DNA from: Deltaproteobacteria bacterium
Lineage (GTDB): Bacteria; Desulfobacterota; Desulfuromonadia; Desulfuromonadales; Geopsychrobacteraceae
Assembly: GCA_024280485.1 (NCBI GenBank)
Contig: JAJRQB010000019.1
Span: 3,695-67,694, forward strand
Direction: 5' to 3'
Length of the DNA: 64,000 bases
The notes beneath the pieces were generated by a model. That model saw only the letters and a list, made by a program, of their open reading frames with translations. It searched no databases and was not told the origin of the DNA. A program made the translations under genes and the position numbers. The stretch's first letter is position 1. Each line of letters opens with the position of its first letter. Shown piece by piece: positions 8,286 to 15,604 of this stretch.

Positions 8286-10632
8286 AATTACTGGGCGATA
8301 TTTTTTCAAGAGCACTCGCGAGGTATGCACGAATTTCGGTGCTGCTGCCCATTTGTAGAATTTCAGCCGCAACTTGGCGAGCCTCATCAAGAGATACTTT
8401 GCTTAGGAAGTCCTTGAGGTGCGGGATGTAGGGTGCTGAGAGCGAAAACTGATCAATCCCCATGCCGATAAGGGCGTAGAGACAACTGTTGTCTGTCGCC
8501 ATCTCGCCGCACAGGCAAAGGTCGATCTGTTTCTCTTTAGCTACTTCGGCCAAGTAGGCCAAGGACGAGAGCACTGCCGGGTGAAGTGGGTCGTAGTAAC
8601 TTTGTACTAGTGGGTTTGAGCGGTCAGCCGCGAGCATATATTGAATTAAATCGTTGGTCCCGAGGGAGAAGAAGTCGACCTCTGCGGCTAAATGGGGAGC
8701 CAGGCGAACCGCAGCCGGAACCTCGATCATCGCACCGATCGGTATGTCACTCAGAAAATCGATCTTCTCTTTCTGCAGGTTGGTCATGGCCTCAGCGACC
8801 AATTGTTGACAGGTTCTGACTTCTTCCAATGTTGAAATCATCGGAAAGAGTAAGCGAACCGGTCCGTGAATACCAGCCATCAGGATCGCTTCGATCTGGG
8901 TCTGGAAAATGTCCCTGTGGTCGAGACTCACCCGTACCGAGCGCCAGCCCATAAAAGGGTTGTTCTCCTTGGGATGACTAAAATAGGGGAGGGCTTTGTC
9001 TCCTCCGATGTCAAGGGTGCGGATCGTGACGGGGGCACCATCAAATCCTTCAACAACCTTGCGATAGAGCTGATATTGATCTTCACGGTCAGGGAAGTTG
9101 CTGCGCGCCATATAAGGGAACTCTGTACGGTAAAGTCCAACCCCTTCGGCACCATTGCGGCGAGCAATGTCGATGTCACTCAGCAAGCCGATGTTGGCTC
9201 GTAGTTGAATGAGATGACCGTCAGCAGTCAGCGCCGGAATATCGCGTAATTGATCGAGCCGTTCCTTTTCCTGGGCACGGTCAAATTCAAGTCGGAAATA
9301 TTCATCAAGGATTGTTTCAGTCGGGTTGAGAAAAACGCAACCCGAGTTGGCATCCAGAATCAATTCCGTATCGGGTTCAATGTGGGTCATTGCGCCCTTG
9401 ACTCCAATCAACGCCGGAATGCCGAGGGCCTTGGCCATGATGACCGAGTGCGAGTTCGTTTCATTCGATTCGAGAATCAGGCCACTCATCTTGTTGTGAT
9501 CGATGATTGCCATATCTGAAGGGAGCAGGCGGCGAGCAACAAGGATGCCGGTATGGTGCAACTGGAGACTATCCGATTGCTGGCCGAGCAGATTGCTCAA
9601 CAGGCGACGGCCGATATCTTCCATGTCGGCTGCGCGTTCGCGCAGATAGGGATCCTCCATTTTATTGAAGGCCTTCAGGTAGTTGCGGATGACTTTTTTC
9701 AGGGCATAGGGTGCGCAGTGTCCCGCTTCGATCTGTTCATGAAGTTTTTCAATGAAGCCACGATCTTCCAGGATCATCAGATGGGTGTGGAAAATTGCGG
9801 CATCGGCCTGGGTGAGTCGCTCTGCGACCCTTTTTTCCAGGTAGAGTGTTTCGATGCGGGTCTGGCGTAGTGCTTCATCGAGGTGAGTCAGTTCTTTGTT
9901 GATATCGACATCGTGTTCATCGTAGATATCGGCAAAGCCGAGGTCTTCATCAATGAGATTTGCCGGACCAGTAATCACGCCAGGGTAGGCCACTTGGCCG
10001 CGTAATACGGCTGGTTCCTCCGGGACTGGCTTGTCGGTATTTCTGCTTGTCGTCTCCCCTTCGTCTGTCGGCGCAGGGAGGTCGAACAGGTCTTGTTGTT
10101 GATCGATTGTGTCGAGGAGGCGCGCGTTGACGACAATCGAGGCCACCTGGAAGGCGATGGTCTTCAGGGTCGAGGTTTCATCCTTCGAAAAGGTACGTCT
10201 TTCACGGGTCTGGATGACCATGACGCCGAGGGGGGCGTTGCGGTCGAATAATGGGATAGCCAGAAAGGAGTGGAACTGTTCCTCACCGGTTCCGGCAAAA
10301 TAACGGTAGCGAGGATCATTTTGTGGTTCTTCAACGGCAAGCACCGTACGCTGCTCGACGGCTAAGCCGGTCAGACCTTCGCCAACCTTTAGCCGTACCT
10401 GGCCAACGGCTTCGGCAGCGAGGCCATAGGTGGCACTGAGGACCAGCGTGTCGTTCTGGCCTTCCATGAGGTAGAGGGAACAGACCTCGGAGTGAGCGCG
10501 CTCAGCAACAAGTGTGACTATATTTTCAAGGGTTTCATCGAGATGATGGGATTGCAGGATGATGGCACTGATGTCCTGCAGGGTACTTAGTCCGAGCTTG
10601 ATATCTGATTTTTTGCGATCTTTGTGTCCCAA
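8284..10632 (-). CDS. ptsP: Phosphoenolpyruvate-protein phosphotransferase PtsP (GAF domain plus PTS enzyme I; EI-Ntr type)
   Basis: 782 aa with an N-terminal GAF-like region, then enzyme I motifs (TNSHSVIMAKALGIPA, GLYRTEF, IRTLD.GGDK, FFS.GTNDL.QY). TTG start with an AGGGGGA RBS. Confidence 0.9.
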   Translation of the reverse strand: MGHKDRKKSDIKLGLSTLQDISAIILQSHHLDETLENIVTLVAERAHSEVCSLYLMEGQNDTLVLSATYGLAAEAVGQVRLKVGEGLTGLAVEQRTVLAVEEPQNDPRYRYFAGTGEEQFHSFLAIPLFDRNAPLGVMVIQTRERRTFSKDETSTLKTIAFQVASIVVNARLLDTIDQQQDLFDLPAPTDEGETTSRNTDKPVPEEPAVLRGQVAYPGVITGPANLIDEDLGFADIYDEHDVDINKELTHLDEALRQTRIETLYLEKRVAERLTQADAAIFHTHLMILEDRGFIEKLHEQIEAGHCAPYALKKVIRNYLKAFNKMEDPYLRERAADMEDIGRRLLSNLLGQQSDSLQLHHTGILVARRLLPSDMAIIDHNKMSGLILESNETNSHSVIMAKALGIPALIGVKGAMTHIEPDTELILDANSGCVFLNPTETILDEYFRLEFDRAQEKERLDQLRDIPALTADGHLIQLRANIGLLSDIDIARRNGAEGVGLYRTEFPYMARSNFPDREDQYQLYRKVVEGFDGAPVTIRTLDIGGDKALPYFSHPKENNPFMGWRSVRVSLDHRDIFQTQIEAILMAGIHGPVRLLFPMISTLEEVRTCQQLVAEAMTNLQKEKIDFLSDIPIGAMIEVPAAVRLAPHLAAEVDFFSLGTNDLIQYMLAADRSNPLVQSYYDPLHPAVLSSLAYLAEVAKEKQIDLCLCGEMATDNSCLYALIGMGIDQFSLSAPYIPHLKDFLSKVSLDEARQVAAEILQMGSSTEIRAYLASALEKISPSN

Positions 10633-10676
10633 GGTGATTTCCCCCTTCGAGTGTCTATCCTTGCATATTGAGAGCT

Positions 10677-10705
10677 ATTCTAGCTTAGGGGATGTTTCTT
10701 GGCAG
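10677..10705 (-). promoter_or_regulatory. Candidate sigma-70-type promoter for ptsP (CTGCCA-N17-TAGAAT)
   Basis: The minus strand reads ctgcca-agaaacatcccctaagc-tagaat. It lies between the upstream terminator and the ptsP RBS. Confidence 0.3.
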
Positions 10706-10706
10706 T

Positions 10707-10753
10707 AAAAAAATAAAAAAACGCCGCCAAAGGGAGAGAGGTCTTTGACGGCG
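10707..10753 (-). terminator. Strong intrinsic terminator on the minus strand, upstream of ptsP
   Basis: Minus strand: CGCCGUCAAAG-ACCUCUCUCC-CUUUGGCGGCG (11-bp stem with one G.U pair) followed by U7-A-U7. Confidence 0.7.
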
Positions 10754-10826
10754 AAAGAAGGGATGGTTCGTTTGACTTATTCCGTTCGGGCGGGAACGGT
10801 AAATATCCCTCGTTGCAATTATGGTT
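10707..10826 (-). ncRNA. Candidate sigma-54-dependent small RNA (~106-120 nt) or terminating leader
   Basis: Bounded by the -24/-12 promoter (predicted start near 10826) and the intrinsic terminator. It has no ATG and no RBS-preceded ORF. It contains a hairpin CCGUUC/GAACGG with the C-rich loop CCGCCC, a CU-rich linker CAUCCCUUCUUUC and a CU-rich terminator loop. Confidence 0.4.
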
Positions 10827-10836
10827 AAGTTTGAAT

Positions 10837-10852
10837 AGCAATAGATGTGCCA
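10837..10852 (-). promoter_or_regulatory. Sigma-54 (-24/-12) promoter, TGGCAC-ATCTA-TTGCT
   Basis: The reverse complement of 10837-10852 is TGGCACATCTATTGCT. This matches the TGGCAC-N5-TTGC(A/T) consensus exactly, with correct GG/GC spacing. Confidence 0.6.
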
Positions 10853-10910
10853 GGTTGTGTTTTGAGGGAACACGGCCAATTGAAGGGGGTCTGACGGGTT
10901 GTTTTGGGGG

Positions 10911-10956
10911 CTAACCGGGCAACATGTGCCGAAACTGGCACAGGTTGCCCGGTTAG
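10911..10956. promoter_or_regulatory. 46-bp near-perfect palindrome, a candidate upstream activator site
   Basis: CTAACCGGGCAAC-a-TGTGCC-gaaact-GGCACA-g-GTTGCCCGGTTAG. Its centre lies about 108 bp upstream of the predicted sigma-54 start. Confidence 0.4.
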
Positions 10957-10992
10957 TTTCTCTACGTCTCGTTATGAACTGTTGCATTCGGG

Positions 10993-11025
10993 CATCTGTG
11001 CAACATGTCACATGTGGCACAGATG
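10993..11025. promoter_or_regulatory. Second inverted repeat (CATCTGTGC-N15-GCACAGATG), a candidate distal activator site
   Basis: 9-bp perfect arms that share the TGTGC/GCACA half-site with the first palindrome. Its centre lies about 183 bp upstream of the predicted start and 26 nt past the activator gene stop. Confidence 0.3.
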
Positions 11026-11050
11026 GTGACGTGAGTGTGTCACTTATGGC

Positions 11051-13354
11051 TCACGTTTGTGCAGGTTGATGTCGTTTTTGGCTAATGTCTTGACGCTGCA
11101 GCATTCGATAGAAGGTTCTGCGCGGAACCTTGGCAAGACGTGCTGCTGCTGAAACATTCCCTCCAGCCTCTTCAAGGTAGTGGAGCAGGAGATCTTTTTC
11201 TACTGTATTGACCTGTTGGTCACGCTGACTACGTAGTCCGCAAGCTTGTTGGATGACAACTTGACCGTTTTGTTTGCGCAGCTGTTCGGCAAAAACAGTC
11301 GGGAGTTGCTCGAGGTGAATAATCTGATTCTGGGAGAGGACTGCAGCACGCTCAATGACATTCTGCAACTCTCTGATGTTGCCAGGCCAATGGTAGCAAG
11401 ATAGAGCTTTCAGGGCGGTATCGTCGATCCGGTGAATTGTTTTATTTAATCTTATTGTCGCTTGATTAAGGAAGTGTTCAACGAGTTTTGGTATCGACTC
11501 CAGTCGGTTGCGTAAGGGAGGCAGGGTGATACTGAAAACGTTGATCCGGTAAAACAGGTCTTCACGGAACCAGCCCTGGCTGATCCCTTCTTCCAGGTGC
11601 CTGTTTGTCGCAGCGATTAAGCGCACATCAACCCTGACGCTTTTGTTACTACCAACCGCCTTTATTTCGCCATTATCGAGCACCCTCAGGAGTTCAGCTT
11701 GAAGCTTGGGGGTGATGTCACCGATTTCATCCAGAAAAATAGTGCCACCATCGGCCTCTTCGAATAGACCTTTTTTGTCGGCGACTGCTCCGGTGAATGC
11801 GCCCTTTTTGTGACCAAAGAGTTCGCTTTCGAGCAGGCTGTCAGTCAGTGTGGTGCAGTTGATTGTCACCAGGGGATTCTCTGCACGTTGGCTGGCTTGA
11901 TGAATGGCGCGCGCTGTCAGCTCTTTGCCGGTACCGCTTTCGCCGCGAATCAAGACTGAGGTTGGGGTAGGGCCGACCTGTTGAATCAGTTTGAGAACCT
12001 CCTGAGTACGGCCATCGTTGCCGATAATGTCGCCGTTTCCATAGCTCTGATCGAGCGCCCGTTGCGCCAATTGATACTTGCGTTCAAGTTTGGAATTGTC
12101 CTCTACGAGACGTTTTTGTGAAAAAGGATGGCACATGCCGCTTTCGGCCAGACCTTGAAAAACCGCAACGGCGTGTTCACGACAGGTACGGTAACCGCAG
12201 CTACCGCAGTTGAGCTCATCGCTGGTTGTAAATTTATCGGTTTCGTGAAGGATACGCGTAATTGCATCATCACTTGGTTTGCCCATCTGAAGTTGTCTGT
12301 CAGCAAAACCTCGATTGAGCAGGACTCTGCCAGAACCTGAGCTGTATTTTGGAGTTGGTTGGTAAGGGATTGTTTTTTTGTGATATTCGATAATCAGATT
12401 ACGCTTGGAGAAGGCCGTAAGACGATTGGTCCGTCCTGGACCGCCAATGCAACCACCTGTGCAGAAACGGACATCGACATAGCGGGGGGCAATGCGCCGT
12501 GCAGCGATGTCGCGGATGACTTCCATGGTTGCTTCTTCACCAACCGTTGAGACGAATTTAGGGTCGAGGCCATCGTGACCGATCCCGAAAATATGGAAAG
12601 GGCCTCCCGATATTGAAAAGCTGCGTCCATTAAGAGTGCTATTGCCGTTGAAGGCCTCTGGTTTGAGTCGTCGTGGGTCGATATTTTTCTTTTCGAGAAT
12701 TTTTTTAAGCTCATTATAGGTCAGAACTGTGTCGATGGCGCCAGCGACCTGTTCGTCTTCAATCTCAAATTTTCCACCAATACAAGAACTGATATAAACC
12801 ACGCGAACGGGGCTGTTATGGCAGGATTTAATGTAGCGTCCGATGGCAATCATCGGCGAGACGATCGGCACAAGATTATTGAGGAGTTGTGGGTAATGGC
12901 GCTCGATAAGATCAACGACCGTTGGACAATGACTTGATATCAGGGGTTCACTGTTGTCTCGGCCGAGAAGGGCACGGTACTCAGGAGCAATCAGTTCAAC
13001 TCCAGCGGCCCCTTCAAGGATATCTGTAAACCCGATCTGACGCAGGGCTGTGGCGAGTTGTCCCGGTTCCAGATCATAGAAAAATGCGGGATATGAACAG
13101 CCCAGAACAGCAACAACCGGGATGTTTTGATTGAGTAGCGTTTCTGTTGCGTCGATCGCATCGGCAATGACTTTGGCGCCCTGTGAGCAGGCTTTGATAC
13201 ATTTTCCACAACCGATGCAGCGTTGATGAAGGACGACAGCACAATCTTTACGGATGCCGATTGCCTTTGTTGGGCAGGTGCGAACGCAGGCGTAGCACTT
13301 GCGACACCGACTGGCAATGGTCTTGATTGGTCCCTGACTTTGAGTTTCCGGCAC
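11051..13354 (-). CDS. Sigma-54-dependent transcriptional activator with N-terminal 2x[4Fe-4S] ferredoxin and [FeFe]-hydrogenase-like (H-domain-like) sensor
   Basis: 767 aa, GTG start with a GGAGG RBS. Domains in order: CRKCYACVRTCP and CIGCGKCIKAC; hydrogenase-like motifs SSHCP, SSCIGGKFE and FCTGGCIGGPG; CGSCGYRTC Fe-S motif; AAA+ region with GESGTGKE, ESELFGHKKGAFTGA and FLDEIG; C-terminal Fis-type HTH. Confidence 0.85.
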   Translation of the reverse strand: MPETQSQGPIKTIASRCRKCYACVRTCPTKAIGIRKDCAVVLHQRCIGCGKCIKACSQGAKVIADAIDATETLLNQNIPVVAVLGCSYPAFFYDLEPGQLATALRQIGFTDILEGAAGVELIAPEYRALLGRDNSEPLISSHCPTVVDLIERHYPQLLNNLVPIVSPMIAIGRYIKSCHNSPVRVVYISSCIGGKFEIEDEQVAGAIDTVLTYNELKKILEKKNIDPRRLKPEAFNGNSTLNGRSFSISGGPFHIFGIGHDGLDPKFVSTVGEEATMEVIRDIAARRIAPRYVDVRFCTGGCIGGPGRTNRLTAFSKRNLIIEYHKKTIPYQPTPKYSSGSGRVLLNRGFADRQLQMGKPSDDAITRILHETDKFTTSDELNCGSCGYRTCREHAVAVFQGLAESGMCHPFSQKRLVEDNSKLERKYQLAQRALDQSYGNGDIIGNDGRTQEVLKLIQQVGPTPTSVLIRGESGTGKELTARAIHQASQRAENPLVTINCTTLTDSLLESELFGHKKGAFTGAVADKKGLFEEADGGTIFLDEIGDITPKLQAELLRVLDNGEIKAVGSNKSVRVDVRLIAATNRHLEEGISQGWFREDLFYRINVFSITLPPLRNRLESIPKLVEHFLNQATIRLNKTIHRIDDTALKALSCYHWPGNIRELQNVIERAAVLSQNQIIHLEQLPTVFAEQLRKQNGQVVIQQACGLRSQRDQQVNTVEKDLLLHYLEEAGGNVSAAARLAKVPRRTFYRMLQRQDISQKRHQPAQT

Positions 13355-13433
13355 TGACTGGTCCTCCGCGTCTCTCTGGACTCTTTTTTGTCAGGCCGGA
13401 TTGTGCCATTGCTGACACAATTGATCAAGGGTT

Positions 13434-14417
13434 TTAAGGTTTTTTCAGTCCAACTTTATCGCTATGGTGACAGGCGGTTTGGCGATTGCTGCCGAGATGG
13501 CGCAGCTCCGGCTCCTGCTGGTGGCAGATTTCACTGGCGTATGGACAGCGTGGATGAAAGGAACATCCGGAGGGCGGATTGAGAGGTGAGGGGATCTCAC
13601 CTTTAAGCGGCGCAGGGCGGCCGGCCAGGCTTGGATCGGGTTGTGGGATGGCGTTTAACAGCGCCTCTGTATAGGGGTGCTGAGGCTGACGGTAAAGCTC
13701 ATCAGCAGGTGCTGTTTCAACAATTTTACCCAGATACATGACCGCGACCCGGTCGCTGACATGTTCGATTACGGCGAGATCGTGCGCAATGAAGAGGTAG
13801 CTCAGTTTGTTCTTGGTCTGGATTTCGCGTAACAGATTTAAAATCTGCGCTTGAACCGAAAGGTCTAGCGCCGAAACTGGTTCATCGGCAATTATCAATT
13901 CAGGCTCGACAGCAAGTGCTCTGGCAATACTGACCCGTTGCCGTTGTCCTCCAGAAAATTCATGGGGATAGCGGAAGGCTGCAGCAGCATCAAGGCCGAC
14001 CTGATCGAGAAGTTCTTCGATTCGACTCTGTCTATCAGTCGCTGCACATAAGCGATGAATGATCAAGGGCTCAGCAAGGGTTTCGCCAACGGTCATGCGC
14101 GGATTCAGTGAAGAGAAGGGGTCCTGAAAGATCATCTGCATATGGCGGCGGTAGGGTCGGAGCTGTCTGGCTGAGAGGCGCACGAGATCGGTGCCACGGT
14201 ATAGAACTTCTCCGCGGTCAACCGGTGTCAAACCCAACACCAGTTTGCCCAATGTCGATTTGCCGCAGCCAGACTCCCCGACCAGCCCAAGAGTCTCGCC
14301 GGGAGCGATCTGCAAACTCACGCCATTGACAGCCTTGAGTTGAGCAGGTTTAGATCCCGATTTTCCGGGCACACGATAAGTTTTAGCCAGATCACGAATT
14401 TCTAATAGGGGGATCAT
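13434..14417 (-). CDS. Oligopeptide/dipeptide-type ABC transporter ATP-binding protein (OppF/DppF-like)
   Basis: 327 aa with Walker [10 protein letters not shown], the signature FSGGQRQR, Walker B IIADEP, and a C-terminal oligopeptide-type extension containing Cys residues. Confidence 0.9.
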   Translation of the reverse strand: MIPLLEIRDLAKTYRVPGKSGSKPAQLKAVNGVSLQIAPGETLGLVGESGCGKSTLGKLVLGLTPVDRGEVLYRGTDLVRLSARQLRPYRRHMQMIFQDPFSSLNPRMTVGETLAEPLIIHRLCAATDRQSRIEELLDQVGLDAAAAFRYPHEFSGGQRQRVSIARALAVEPELIIADEPVSALDLSVQAQILNLLREIQTKNKLSYLFIAHDLAVIEHVSDRVAVMYLGKIVETAPADELYRQPQHPYTEALLNAIPQPDPSLAGRPAPLKGEIPSPLNPPSGCSFHPRCPYASEICHQQEPELRHLGSNRQTACHHSDKVGLKKP

Positions 14418-14423
14418 AGTTAG

Positions 14424-15407
14424 TCAAGCTCTCCAGCAGCGCACAAAGTGGCCGGGACTGATTTCTTGAAGATGGGGAATTTTCGAGCCGCCTGAACTGC
14501 AGGGAGTAGAACAGCGCTCAAGAAAAGCACAACCGTCTGCGCCATTATTTTTGTCGTCGGGTTGGCCCTGGATGGTTGGTAACGGGTCTTTGTTCCCAAG
14601 ACGAGGGATACAGGCGAGTAAGCCTCGCGTGTAGGGATGTGTCGGATTTTTAAATAACTGTTTGACCCCAGCGTATTCGACGATTTTACCGGCGTACATG
14701 ACTGCTACCCGGTCGGCATTTCCGGCAACGACACCGAGATCGTGGCTGATCAACAGCGTCGCCATCTGTCGATCACGCGCAAGCTTGGAAAGCAGTTCCA
14801 TGATTTGCGCTTGAATGGTGACATCAAGAGCTGTTGTTGGCTCATCGGCGATCAGCAATTGTGGATCGCAAGCTAAGGCCATTGCAATCATGACCCGTTG
14901 GCGTTGTCCTCCAGAAAGTTGATGCGGAAAATCATGCAGACGACTTTCGGCTGCTGCAATGCCGACATCTGTCAGGAGTTTAGCTGCTTGAGTCAACGCT
15001 TCGCCGTTGGTCATGCCACGATGAAGGCGCAGTACTTCAGCAATCTGCTCACCGATTTTTAGAACCGGGTTAAGTGAGGTCATCGGTTCCTGAAAAATCA
15101 TAGAAATCTGATTGCCACGGACTCTGCGCATCTCGGTTGGCGGCATCCGTAACAGGTCATGATCGTCAAAAATAATTTCACCATCAACCACCCGACCCGG
15201 CTCAGGAATAAGTCGCAGGATTGATAGTGAGGTTATCGATTTTCCACAGCCAGATTCTCCAACAAGCGCCAGCGTCTCTCCGGCTGAAATCTCGAAGGAT
15301 ATGTCATCCACCGCTTTAACCAGGCCGGAGCGAGTAAAAAAGTAACTCTTGAGACCGCGTACCTGTAGGAGTGGTCCGGTACTTGTTTTCTTAAGGGGGG
15401 CGTACAT
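14424..15407 (-). CDS. Oligopeptide/dipeptide-type ABC transporter ATP-binding protein (OppD/DppD-like)
   Basis: 327 aa with [17 protein letters not shown] and [11 protein letters not shown]. It lies 6 nt upstream of the OppF-like gene. Confidence 0.9.
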   Translation of the reverse strand: MYAPLKKTSTGPLLQVRGLKSYFFTRSGLVKAVDDISFEISAGETLALVGESGCGKSITSLSILRLIPEPGRVVDGEIIFDDHDLLRMPPTEMRRVRGNQISMIFQEPMTSLNPVLKIGEQIAEVLRLHRGMTNGEALTQAAKLLTDVGIAAAESRLHDFPHQLSGGQRQRVMIAMALACDPQLLIADEPTTALDVTIQAQIMELLSKLARDRQMATLLISHDLGVVAGNADRVAVMYAGKIVEYAGVKQLFKNPTHPYTRGLLACIPRLGNKDPLPTIQGQPDDKNNGADGCAFLERCSTPCSSGGSKIPHLQEISPGHFVRCWRA

Positions 15408-15604
15408 CTGAAAAATCCTTTACGTGTCGCTTTAAAACAGATCTGCAGCATGACGAAGTCCATCATACCTGAACTGATGCTCTAGCGCATCTGTCTATCA
15501 GTATCAATCGTCTTTAATCATTTGATTGGCCCTTCGCACAGGTTCCTGTATAGTTCGTCTGCCTTGAAAACAGCAAGTAAATATGAACTGACAGGACTCT
15601 TTGT

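Noticed and set aside
10934-10948. Plus-strand TGGCACaggTTGC as a sigma-54 promoter.
   Set aside because: Only 3 nt separate TGGCAC from TTGC where 5 are required, so the GG/GC spacing is wrong. The sequence is simply part of the large palindrome.
10685-11020. A 111-aa minus-strand ORF in the activator-ptsP intergenic region.
   Set aside because: It has no RBS and its composition is not protein-like. It spans the palindromes, the sigma-54 promoter and the terminator, which explain the region better.
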